Part shown: piece after piece, positions 1 to 8,006 of the stretch
Position numbering within the stretch: the stretch's first letter is position 1
Layout of the letters: every line of letters begins with the position of its first letter
NCBI GenBank assembly: GCA_963701185.1
Contig: OY969569.1
Span: 447,054 to 511,053, forward strand
From: Candidatus Gottesmanbacteria bacterium
GTDB taxonomy: Bacteria; Patescibacteriota; Microgenomatia; UBA10105; UBA927
Reading direction: 5' to 3'
Length of the DNA: 64,000 nucleotides
Notes under the pieces: model-generated
Databases searched by the model: none
What the model was told of the DNA's origin: nothing
What the model saw: the letters and a program-made list of their open reading frames with translations, nothing else
Made by a program: the position numbers and the translations under genes

Positions 1-282
1 ATACCCGTTGCCTTTCTGCTTTAACCAGAAGTTCACGCTGTTGACCGTCGTGACGCTGACATGAAGTATCGAATGTATCCGTCGCTGATCGTATCCTTTG
101 TCCAATAAGTAGGCAATCGCCATCCGTTTTCCGAGCATGATCTTTTCGGTCGGAGAAAGTAAATCATCAAGCAGCTCCTGAGCTTCCTGATCTGTCCGAA
201 TATGTACCAATGTATGACGGAATAGGGAGAACATGCTCTGTTCTACCGCTTTGGACATTGGGTGCCTCGATATTTGCGCCAT
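1..282 (-). CDS. TrpR-like YerC/YecD family protein; 3' end of the gene lies beyond the window start
   Basis: Minus-strand translation from the ATG at 280-282 gives MAQISRHPMSKAVEQSMFSLFRHTLVHIRTDQEAQELLDDLLSPTEKIMLGKRMAIAYLLDKGYDQRRIHSILHVSVTTVNSVNFWLKQKGNGY. It resembles YerC/TrpR-type HTH proteins and is a paralog of the ORF at 23611..23994. Confidence 0.5.
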   Translation of the reverse strand, partial: MAQISRHPMSKAVEQSMFSLFRHTLVHIRTDQEAQELLDDLLSPTEKIMLGKRMAIAYLLDKGYDQRRIHSILHVSVTTVNSVNFWLKQKGNGY

Positions 283-290
283 ACTTTTTC

Positions 291-318
291 TGTTTTAATG
301 TTTTAAAACATTAAAACA
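291..318. repeat. Perfect 28-bp palindrome TGTTTTAATGTTTTAAAACATTAAAACA, copy 1 of 4, 8 nt upstream of the YerC-like start codon
   Basis: Read directly; the core reads as 10-bp arm + TTTAAA + 10-bp arm. The other copies are at 4297..4324, 12577..12604 and 13323..13350. Confidence 0.9.
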
Positions 319-431
319 AGAATAGCATAACCCGTGAAAATAACATACCGGTAGAGTATACTTACCTCCGACACCATCGCTGCCGCGTGTCTTACTAAAT
401 AGCCCGTCAGAACGTGATATAATAAGCTTCT

Positions 432-788
432 ATGCCGACAAAAGAACTCGTTGCGCGTTGTACTCAGTGCGACATAATTTTTAAAGGAAATTTAACATGG
501 GAATACGACAAATATCAGGACCCGGTGATCGATTATACAAGCGCTCTCGTACAAAAAATCGGCGAACATCATTGGAAGTTCCGAACAGGAAATGACCATG
601 GTTCCGTTGTCTTATTCGTAAACGAAATAGACGCAAATCAAGAGCCTCTGGAAGTACCTAAAGAAAACACCCAAGAATTAGACCTTTTTCCTTCGGCAAT
701 TGGTACACTCATAGTTGCGCGAACATCTTCTCCAACGGTTTATAACACAATTAGTTATTTTCGAAGAAACGCGCTTGATACGAAATAA
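432..788 (+). CDS. hypothetical protein
   Basis: 118-aa ORF with no recognisable motifs. Confidence 0.35.
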   Translation: MPTKELVARCTQCDIIFKGNLTWEYDKYQDPVIDYTSALVQKIGEHHWKFRTGNDHGSVVLFVNEIDANQEPLEVPKENTQELDLFPSAIGTLIVARTSSPTVYNTISYFRRNALDTK

Positions 789-815
789 TTCTTCCGTTTT
801 TGATACAATACAAAT

Positions 816-1619
816 ATGAAAATCGACGGGAAAGCGCTTGCAGATGCAATTCTTGCTGATCTAACGAGCGAAGTTAAAAAACTTCATATTTTACCTACCC
901 TCGCTGTCATTCTCGTCGGGGATGACCCGGAATCACTTTCTTATATCCGCCAAAAACAAAAAGCCACGGAAAAAATCGGCGGGAGATTTATTTTCGAAAA
1001 ACTTCCCAAAACAACGCTTCAAAAAGAACTCGCGGCACGGGTTGAAATGTATAACAGAGATCCAACTGTTCACGGACTCATTGTCCAGAGACCTCTCCCC
1101 CCGCACTTCGATGTATCGATAAATCGAAGTATCGACCCTAAAAAGGATGTTGACGGATTTGTCAAAAATTCGCCGTTTGACGTGCCCATCTCCATGGCTA
1201 TTTTTACAATTCTGAAAAACATAAATATTTCAATAAAAAATAAAAAGATTGTTATCGTCGGAAGAGGGGAGACGGCAGGAAAACCCATCGCGGCGGCATT
1301 CGAAAAGCAACAATGTGCGACGTCTGTAATTACCAGTAAAACTTCCGTTCCCCAGGAAATCATGAAGACTGCAGACATTATTATCAGTTGTGTCGGGAAA
1401 AAGGGAATTGTGACCAGCGACGCAATAAAACCCGGCGCCATCCTTATTTCCGTGGGTCTTTGGCGCACCGAGGACGGTAAACTGCACGGAGATTACGAGG
1501 AAAATGAAATAAAAGACATAGCCTCATTTTATACGCCGACGCCCGGCGGCGTGGGGCCATTGAACATCGCCTCCCTCATGCAAAATCTCGTCCTGGCGGC
1601 CCAAAAAATGACACATTGA
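816..1619 (+). CDS. folD: bifunctional methylenetetrahydrofolate dehydrogenase/cyclohydrolase
   Basis: Motifs LAVILVGDDPESLSYIRQK, HGLIVQRPLPPH, DPKKDVDGF, IVIVGRGETAGKP, TPTPGGVGPLNIA; ends with TGA. Confidence 0.9.
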   Translation: MKIDGKALADAILADLTSEVKKLHILPTLAVILVGDDPESLSYIRQKQKATEKIGGRFIFEKLPKTTLQKELAARVEMYNRDPTVHGLIVQRPLPPHFDVSINRSIDPKKDVDGFVKNSPFDVPISMAIFTILKNINISIKNKKIVIVGRGETAGKPIAAAFEKQQCATSVITSKTSVPQEIMKTADIIISCVGKKGIVTSDAIKPGAILISVGLWRTEDGKLHGDYEENEIKDIASFYTPTPGGVGPLNIASLMQNLVLAAQKMTH

Positions 1620-1650
1620 CAGACAATTTTCCCGTCGATAATATGCATGT

Positions 1651-1917
1651 ATGAGAAAGTCAACCCATTATTTTTACGACCAAACGGACGTTAGGAATAT
1701 CATAAGAGATGAACTGGAAAAAGCAAAACCAGGATGGGTAGAAGACATCACAGATGCAGTAACTAAAATTGTCGGTGGAAAATTCGACAAAGTGATGACC
1801 GTTTTAGACAAATTCGTTGGAGAAATCAAAGCATACAGAGAAGAACAAGTCCTTCATCAACTTCAGCACGATAGAATAGAAAAACGTATCAAAAGATTTG
1901 AACACCCGGTTTTATGA
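1651..1917 (+). CDS. hypothetical small protein
   Basis: 88-aa ORF; ATGA overlap with the next gene suggests translational coupling. Confidence 0.35.
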   Translation: MRKSTHYFYDQTDVRNIIRDELEKAKPGWVEDITDAVTKIVGGKFDKVMTVLDKFVGEIKAYREEQVLHQLQHDRIEKRIKRFEHPVL

Positions 1918-2645
1918 AACAATTTGCCGGAGCGATCATTATATTTTTTCTTGCACTCTTTGCCTATACGCGCCTTGCCGGTCCCATCCCGTTTAGCGTA
2001 AACCAGATCACGACAACAAAAACCGATACGTTTACCGTCACCGGTGAGGGGAAAGTAAGCGTTCCGCCGGATATTGCCGTCGTTTCGGCAGGCGTACAGA
2101 CGCAAGCCGCAACGGTGAAACTGGCACAGGACCAGCTCAATGCCGCAATCAATGCAGTGAGCGCTGCAGTGAAAAAGGCGGGGGTCCAAGATAAAGATAT
2201 TAAGACAACCGGCTACACCATCAACCCGATGTACGATTACAGCACCCGAACCCCGCGGATTACCGGGTATCAGGCTTCGTCAAATCTTACCATCAAAGTC
2301 CGCGCAATAGATACTGCCAATGCCGTTATCGATGCGGCGACTGCAGCCGGCGCCAACCAGGTCGGCGGCATCTCGTTTGACGTGGATGACAAGACCAAGG
2401 CTCAAAATGAAGCACGTGCTATGGCCGTGGCGGACGCCAAAACCAAAGCAACCGCCGCCGCAAAAATTGCCGGATTTTCACTCGGAAAAGTCATCAACTA
2501 CAGCGAGGATTTTGGCGGCGCCCCACGCCCGATTCCGATGCTTGCCAAGGCCGATGTGGGACTGGGCGCGGGCGCTCCGACACAGATCGAAACCGGATCA
2601 AACGAGATCACAGTAACGGTTTCGCTCTCCTACCAAATCCAATAA
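1914..2645 (+). CDS. SIMPL-domain (DUF541, YggE-like) periplasmic protein
   Basis: N-terminal TM/signal segment. Ala/Lys-rich body typical of SIMPL (ITVTGEGKVSVPPDIAVVSAGVQT ... GYQASSNLTIKV). Confidence 0.7.
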   Translation: MKQFAGAIIIFFLALFAYTRLAGPIPFSVNQITTTKTDTFTVTGEGKVSVPPDIAVVSAGVQTQAATVKLAQDQLNAAINAVSAAVKKAGVQDKDIKTTGYTINPMYDYSTRTPRITGYQASSNLTIKVRAIDTANAVIDAATAAGANQVGGISFDVDDKTKAQNEARAMAVADAKTKATAAAKIAGFSLGKVINYSEDFGGAPRPIPMLAKADVGLGAGAPTQIETGSNEITVTVSLSYQIQ

Positions 2646-2695
2646 CTTATAGGTCTTGCCCCGCACCTCCTGCGGGGGTAGAATAGAGCTCCCCT

Positions 2696-3301
2696 ATGGG
2701 CAGAACTCACGTAACACCAATTCAACAACCCGACGATACTACCTGCGGACCTACCGCTCTCAAGCATGCGCTCGCGATGTTCGGCAAACGGAAGTCATTG
2801 GACTATCTTATGGAACTCTGCGGCACGAATAGAAACGGCACCAGCACAAAAAACATGGTCCGCGCCGCCAATAAACTCGGGTTTTCCGTTCTGGTCGTTG
2901 AGTACGCAACGCTCCATCACCTGCAAAGCGCACTCAAATACAATCCCACGCAGCTGCGCGCGGTCCTCGTGTCGTATCTCTATGACCTGGACGAAAAAGA
3001 CCGGCCGCATGCCGATTCGGGACACTGGGCCGCCGTCTCGTCCTACTCTGCCTCCAAAAGCAGGATTGTCCTGTTTGACAGCTCTTCTGCGCAAAAAAAA
3101 TCGTACGATTGGGCGGACTTCCGCAGCCGCTGGATGGATTTTGATTTAAAACGGCGGAAGTACGGCCGCAGGAAAAAACATTTCCGGCTTATCAGAAAAT
3201 GGCAGCAGCAATTGTTATTTGTCATGGCCCGGGATCCGTCGCATCTTCCCAAATTCACGATCGGGACAAGTCACATCTTTACACCCGAGCAAACGGTTTA
3301 A
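2696..3301 (+). CDS. C39-like (papain-fold) cysteine peptidase domain protein
   Basis: Gln/Cys/His arrangement IQQPDDTTCGPTAL ... SGHWAAV, as in peptidase C39 / C39_2 domains. Standalone with no ABC transporter. 3' end overlaps the convergent ATP-grasp gene. Confidence 0.5.
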   Translation: MGRTHVTPIQQPDDTTCGPTALKHALAMFGKRKSLDYLMELCGTNRNGTSTKNMVRAANKLGFSVLVVEYATLHHLQSALKYNPTQLRAVLVSYLYDLDEKDRPHADSGHWAAVSSYSASKSRIVLFDSSSAQKKSYDWADFRSRWMDFDLKRRKYGRRKKHFRLIRKWQQQLLFVMARDPSHLPKFTIGTSHIFTPEQTV

Positions 3302-4283
3302 CAAAACGGTGCAGGGAGGATTCGACAATTTTCCACACGAAATCGGCGAATGTCATCCCTGCCGCTTTATAGGAAACCGTCATCCCGTATTCATCGGAAT
3401 CGGACAAACCGGGGTTACTGTTTGCTTCTAAAATATATATGGCGTCGCCGACCGAACGGATATCAAGACGCGCATAATCGCGGAATCCCAACTCTTTAAA
3501 CGTTTTTTTGGCAACCGATGTGATTTTTGCTGCGAAATCTACGGGCAGCGCGGGAAGTCCCACGCGGGATGATGCATAATCCAATGTCGCTTCCTCCCAC
3601 CGGCTTTCGTAGGTCAACAGCGATTCGGGGCCATACGAATCAAAAATAATTTCCGCCGGCGGCAATATTTTCACCCCGTGCGGTGTTTCAAGGACCGTCA
3701 CCTGAAACTCCCGCCCGGAAATAAACTCCTCTGCGATGACGGGTTCACCGAACGATCCGATGCGCTCACGTACGCGCCCCGCCAATTCCTGCCGGCTTCC
3801 CACGACAGCGTCATGAGTGAGTCCGATACTGCAATGTTCAAATGCCAGTTTGACGATGACAGGATACCGGAAATCATCACGGATGGTTTCCGTCCCGTTT
3901 TCAAATACCTGCCAGCGGGCGGTCGGAAGATGATACGCATCCAGCGCTTTTTTCATCAAAATCTTGTCGGACGTCGTCAGGTAATTTTCACGCGTGGCCC
4001 CCGTGAAGGGAATACCTGTATGTTCAATTGCCGTAAACGCACCATCGGAGAGCGGCAGGTCCAGCCCCGTCCAGTCAATGAGATTGACGATGCAGTCGGC
4101 ACGGATCTTCGCAATGGAGGGAAGGGAATCTTCATCTATCGGAACAAGGGTCGGATGCGCACCTTTTTCCTTCAAGGCCGCACATACCTCTTCCGCCGAA
4201 TCCACAGTGTCCTGTTCCGTGTCGGCGAATTTACCCGCAAGGGCCCGTTTGGTCGGCAGACTATAGACAACGGCAATATGCAT
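3279..4283 (-). CDS. ATP-grasp enzyme, D-alanine--D-alanine ligase family
   Basis: YPVIVKLAFEHCSIGLTHDAVV, EEFISGREFQVTVLE, DIRSVGDAIYILEANSNPGL match the Ddl-type ATP-grasp C-terminal domain. N-terminus lacks the canonical Ddl G-rich start. Confidence 0.7.
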   Translation of the reverse strand: MHIAVVYSLPTKRALAGKFADTEQDTVDSAEEVCAALKEKGAHPTLVPIDEDSLPSIAKIRADCIVNLIDWTGLDLPLSDGAFTAIEHTGIPFTGATRENYLTTSDKILMKKALDAYHLPTARWQVFENGTETIRDDFRYPVIVKLAFEHCSIGLTHDAVVGSRQELAGRVRERIGSFGEPVIAEEFISGREFQVTVLETPHGVKILPPAEIIFDSYGPESLLTYESRWEEATLDYASSRVGLPALPVDFAAKITSVAKKTFKELGFRDYARLDIRSVGDAIYILEANSNPGLSDSDEYGMTVSYKAAGMTFADFVWKIVESSLHRFVKPFARV

Positions 4284-4296
4284 AATTGATTTCTTC

Positions 4297-4324
4297 TGTT
4301 TTAATGTTTTAAAACATTAAAACA
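4297..4324. repeat. 28-bp palindrome copy 2, 13 nt upstream of the ATP-grasp start and 21 nt downstream of the recombinase stop
   Basis: Identical to copy 1. Confidence 0.9.
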
Positions 4325-4345
4325 TTCTTTGGATAAAATAGGCCA

Positions 4346-5281
4346 TTATTTTCTGTGAAATTTAGCATGGATTTCTTTGAGTTGCGGATTGGTAATATGG
4401 GTGTAAATTTGCGTTGTGGAAACGTTTTTGTGCCCAAGCATTTCCTGGATTGCCCGCAGGTCCGCGCCTCCGGTCAAGAGATCCGTTGCAAAACTATGCC
4501 GCAGGCCATGCGGCGTGATTTTTACCGGCAAATGCGCCTGCTTCACATATTTTTCCACCAGCCGCTGGACGCTCCGAGGGGTCAAACGCTGCGGGGCATC
4601 CTTTTTCCCTGCCGTGCGTGTAAACAAGGCTGTGTCGGTGTCACTTCGGCCCGCAAGATATTTTTGTACCCATCCGGCGGCCGCATCGGATAAAAACACA
4701 ACGCGCGCCCGTCGGCCTTTTCCGATCACGCCGAATTCACGGCGGTCAAAATTGATCTGGTCGCGGTTTAATTTGGTGAGCTCCGACACCCGAAGACCGG
4801 TAGAAAATAAAACTTCCATAATCGCTTTGTCCCGGAGATTCCCGGGTATTTTCAACAGCCGCTCGACCTGTTCGCGTTCCAAAAATTTTATCGAACGGGA
4901 TTCTGCCTTCGGTAAATCAATTTTCTCCGGAGCAACAACGGCAATATCCCGTTTCAGGCAATATTTTAAAAACGATCGCAGTGCAATCAGATGATAATTT
5001 TGCGTGACGCGCTTTAACGTTAAGTTATTTTTATCAGTAAATCGCGATAAATATAACCTGTACTGCCGGATGGAATCTGCGGAAATAGCCGTAGTCGTCA
5101 GTGGCCGGGTAGGGGATTGGGACGCCAAAAAGTCGACAAACCGGTGCAAATAATGCGCATAGTTTCGGATGGTTAATTGCGAAACATTCCGTTCAATTTC
5201 AAGATATTCCAGAAAATCTTTTACTAATTTTTCCAAATCCATACCTATACCCAGATTGTACGACATCGCAACAAATGTCAA
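4346..5281 (-). CDS. tyrosine site-specific recombinase, XerC/XerD family
   Basis: N-terminal core-binding motif (LEYLEIERNVSQLTIRNYAHYL). C-terminal catalytic region (HGLRHSFATDLLTGGADLRAIQEMLGHKNVSTTQIYTHI). The true start may be the internal MDLEKL. Confidence 0.85.
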   Translation of the reverse strand: MTFVAMSYNLGIGMDLEKLVKDFLEYLEIERNVSQLTIRNYAHYLHRFVDFLASQSPTRPLTTTAISADSIRQYRLYLSRFTDKNNLTLKRVTQNYHLIALRSFLKYCLKRDIAVVAPEKIDLPKAESRSIKFLEREQVERLLKIPGNLRDKAIMEVLFSTGLRVSELTKLNRDQINFDRREFGVIGKGRRARVVFLSDAAAGWVQKYLAGRSDTDTALFTRTAGKKDAPQRLTPRSVQRLVEKYVKQAHLPVKITPHGLRHSFATDLLTGGADLRAIQEMLGHKNVSTTQIYTHITNPQLKEIHAKFHRK

Positions 5282-5301
5282 TAGTCTGATATACTTATCC
5301 C

Positions 5302-6180
5302 ATGAAACTCGGTATCAAGATTGCCCCAGGAAACGCGTGGCAACGCGACATTGAGGCTACTCACCCCGCAATGGTCGAAATCTGGTATAACGCAGGCCGT
5401 CCGGATGATTACAACGAGATGTTTTCCTATCTGGCAGACAAAAATATTGATGTGGGGCTCCATTTCTGGGGACAGGATGAAAACGGTATGCTGGCCGCAA
5501 CGAGTTCACCGCTGATGCGGCGCACAATTGATATTGCGGCCCGTCATACGTGCGTGTACGTTAATATTCATCCGGATTTGTATGCGCATCTTGCCGTGAA
5601 CCTTGAGACATTACGGATCCGCGTTGCAGCTCCGGAAGAAGATCACAACAAGGTAAATGAACGGTTTTTGAGGAACGTTGAGAGCCTGCGTGCCTATGCG
5701 GATACAAAACATGTTGTTTTGACCGTCGAGACGGTCCCGATGCGCGATACGCCAAACTGGAAACCACACCGCGACCGGACACGCGTTATCGATACTCACC
5801 AGATGCCTATGGACATTCTCGTTGATCTTTCGCGCCGCGGTGTTTCAATCGCCAATGATTTCAGCCACACCGCCTGTAACAGGATTTCGGAAAATCCTAA
5901 CGCCATTTGGAAGTATTTGTTCAAAACGACTAAGGATTTGGCACCGGCCACCCGGCTTATCCATTTGGGATTTATCGTCCCGCCGTACAACGGCGTTGAT
6001 TTCCATGACTGCCTGGACAATCCGGTTTTGGATACACCGGATGCAATTCCAAACAGAAATCAGATGGTCGAACTCCTGAAGCTTTTCAAAAACCGGGACG
6101 ACGTGTGGATACTGGTGGAACCCAAAGAAAACCACGTCAAAAACTATACTTTAGCTCAAAAAATCATAGCCTCGAGTTAG
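5302..6180 (+). CDS. hypothetical protein (possibly TIM-barrel-like)
   Basis: 292-aa ORF; no secure family assignment. Confidence 0.4.
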   Translation: MKLGIKIAPGNAWQRDIEATHPAMVEIWYNAGRPDDYNEMFSYLADKNIDVGLHFWGQDENGMLAATSSPLMRRTIDIAARHTCVYVNIHPDLYAHLAVNLETLRIRVAAPEEDHNKVNERFLRNVESLRAYADTKHVVLTVETVPMRDTPNWKPHRDRTRVIDTHQMPMDILVDLSRRGVSIANDFSHTACNRISENPNAIWKYLFKTTKDLAPATRLIHLGFIVPPYNGVDFHDCLDNPVLDTPDAIPNRNQMVELLKLFKNRDDVWILVEPKENHVKNYTLAQKIIASS

Positions 6181-6655
6181 CCTCAGCTACAAGCCCCTGT
6201 ATTGCCCTAGGACGGCCGGGGTTACCCGGGCATGCCCAGTTAGTCGTCCATATCTGCAGCCCGTCAGACAGTTTGGATTATTACGACGCGAAAAGAGAGA
6301 ATCATAAGCTCTACGGAACGATAGATGGATCATGAATAATAAATCATGAATACTAAAACGGAAAGCACAAGGTAAACAGCTTGCTCACGGATATACCCGT
6401 GCTGGACGTCGCAAAAGTATTATTGTGCGACTACATAGGTGAAGATTCCCTACAGGCGGCAACCGACCAAAACACTCCGGGGCAATTCCGCCAAAAGGCA
6501 TATCCTCAAGGGGGCATAAGCAGCCTCAAAAACCCCTCCCTCGGGGGTTGACGGCAACCAGTCTCTTGTTATCGTTTGTACGAATATACAGCCACAAACA
6601 CACAATATCCATCGGCAGCACCCTTATCCTCTGCGGACCCCGGTTGCCTCACAGA

Positions 6656-7000
6656 TAGCGCATTAATATGCTCCAAATAAACACTTTTGAAGCTAAGGAT
6701 ATACGATTCCGAAGATTCTATCAGATCGGGAAACGTCGCAATTTAGCGCCATATAACACTCCAAAGTGCTAATATTAGCTTCGCGTAAGCACTCCCTGCC
6801 TGCGAGCAGTAATAAAAAGGGCTTTCGGGTTTTTTTAGCACCTCCTAATGCTCCAAACTCGAGGTTTCGAGGCGAGATTCCGGCTTTTTAGCCGGAAGCG
6901 CTATCGGGGATTTAGAGGGTCCTAACAATCCAAACGACCAAAAATACGCACACATTGTGTACTCAAAGAAGCGAGTGCGCCCTCCTTCGTCCCGATCCGA
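6656..7000. repeat. Four tandem degenerate ~88-bp units, each with a conserved 22-nt head (TAGCRCNNNNTAANNCTCCAAA) and a variable hairpin-containing body
   Basis: Heads at 6656, 6744, 6836 and 6913: TAGCGCATTAATATGCTCCAAA / TAGCGCCATATAACACTCCAAA / TAGCACCTCCTAATGCTCCAAA / TAGAGGGTCCTAACAATCCAAA. Bodies contain hairpins such as TTCCGGCT-TTTT-AGCCGGAA. Confidence 0.6.
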
Positions 7001-7013
7001 TCGGGATTACGGC
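6987..7013. repeat. Hairpin CGTCCCGATC-CGA-TCGGGATTACGG (TCCCGATC/GATCGGGA family)
   Basis: Perfect stem read directly; related copies at 7067..7090 and 26707..26733. Confidence 0.7.
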
Positions 7014-7066
7014 GGGCACTGTGAAATGAAGCTATGGTATTCCGTGAAAAGAATTATCCACCACTA

Positions 7067-7090
7067 CGTCCCGATCGAATCGGGACTTCG
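7067..7090. repeat. Hairpin CGTCCCGATCGAATCGGGAC (same family)
   Basis: Read directly. Confidence 0.7.
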
Positions 7091-7159
7091 CGGTGCAGGC
7101 ACAAATTATAGGCCTATAAGTATTAACTGTATCAAACTATACTACCCCACTTCCCCGCC

Positions 7160-8005
7160 TTACCGGCCCCCCCGCCAGGAAGTTGCAATGAACGTAATAA
7201 TAAAAACAATTGCGGCAACGGCAAAAAATTCAATCAGGGTTTTTTTATACAGCTTTTCAACCAGATACTGCTGGGCAGCACCGACACTGCTGTAGAACGC
7301 GGTCGTGAAAAGAAGGGCCAACAGCGTTGTTTTCGTCGGCAAAAAGGAAAATATCCATACAAGCTGGGTTAAAAACACGGCAATGGCAATACTCATGTGC
7401 CACACTCGCCTCCCCAATGTTTCCGAGAGCTCCATAGACCAGACTGATTGCAGTGCAAGAATGAAACTGATTGGTCCGATGATCGCCATCGCGACCGGCG
7501 CAATAAAGCGGAATGCCAATACCGTCTGTACCAGTAAAAAATACGTGAGAAGCGTCAATAAGAAACCGACGGAATGTGCGGCCCGAAGGAGGGCGATGGT
7601 CCGGTCTGCGGCAACCGTATAGATATTTTCAGTCAAAAGAAGAGCATACATGCCGATACCGTACAAAAGCGCAACAGGCAAGCGGGTCAGCCAGCGCACA
7701 GGCAGCAAAAAATAAAAGAGCGCAACGGCTGTCGTAAATAACGTCGGCAACGTGAGAATCGTGAGCCATTCCATACCCCGTATTTCTTTCCGGAACACCA
7801 ATGCGGATAACCCGGCGGCCGCTATGGATAATAAAAAGACCAATGGATACCGCGATTCTCCTGTTACCAGTTGGATGAGCAGTAATCCGACGGTAAGGGC
7901 GCCGGTTGCACCGACAAATTGCTGGCGCTTGGTCAGTGAAAAATGCCGCTCCCGACGGACAAACCATCTCTTCACCGCTTCATTCATTTTTGTCGTCATA
8001 TTCAC
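7160..8005 (-). CDS. polytopic membrane protein, unknown function
   Basis: 281 aa with at least 8 hydrophobic helices. Confidence 0.5.
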   Translation of the reverse strand: MNMTTKMNEAVKRWFVRRERHFSLTKRQQFVGATGALTVGLLLIQLVTGESRYPLVFLLSIAAAGLSALVFRKEIRGMEWLTILTLPTLFTTAVALFYFLLPVRWLTRLPVALLYGIGMYALLLTENIYTVAADRTIALLRAAHSVGFLLTLLTYFLLVQTVLAFRFIAPVAMAIIGPISFILALQSVWSMELSETLGRRVWHMSIAIAVFLTQLVWIFSFLPTKTTLLALLFTTAFYSSVGAAQQYLVEKLYKKTLIEFFAVAAIVFIITFIATSWRGGR

Positions 8006-8006
8006 T

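Noticed and set aside
291-318. 28-bp palindrome as an integron attC or attI site
   Set aside because: No R''/L''-L'/R' attC architecture or GTTRRRY core. The element is a perfect palindrome, unlike the bulged imperfect attC hairpins. The adjacent recombinase looks Xer-like rather than IntI-like, with no obvious IntI-specific extra domain.
816-1619. Alternative genetic code (UGA recoding)
   Set aside because: folD and several other well-conserved genes terminate at TGA exactly where homologues end, so the standard code 11 applies.
6181-6560. tmRNA, RNase P RNA or SRP RNA in the ORF-free region
   Set aside because: I could not find the tRNA-like 3' end or an ANDENYALAA-type tag frame for tmRNA. 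Nor could I find GGAAAGUCCGG (RNase P P4) or AGGUCCGGAAGGAAGCAGC (SRP helix 8) on either strand. A covariance-model search is needed before calling any RNA.
6656-7000. Possible CRISPR array
   Set aside because: Unit length (~88 bp) and organisation are atypical. The repeat heads are degenerate rather than identical, there are only four units, and no cas genes occur anywhere in the window. Kept as an unexplained tandem repeat.
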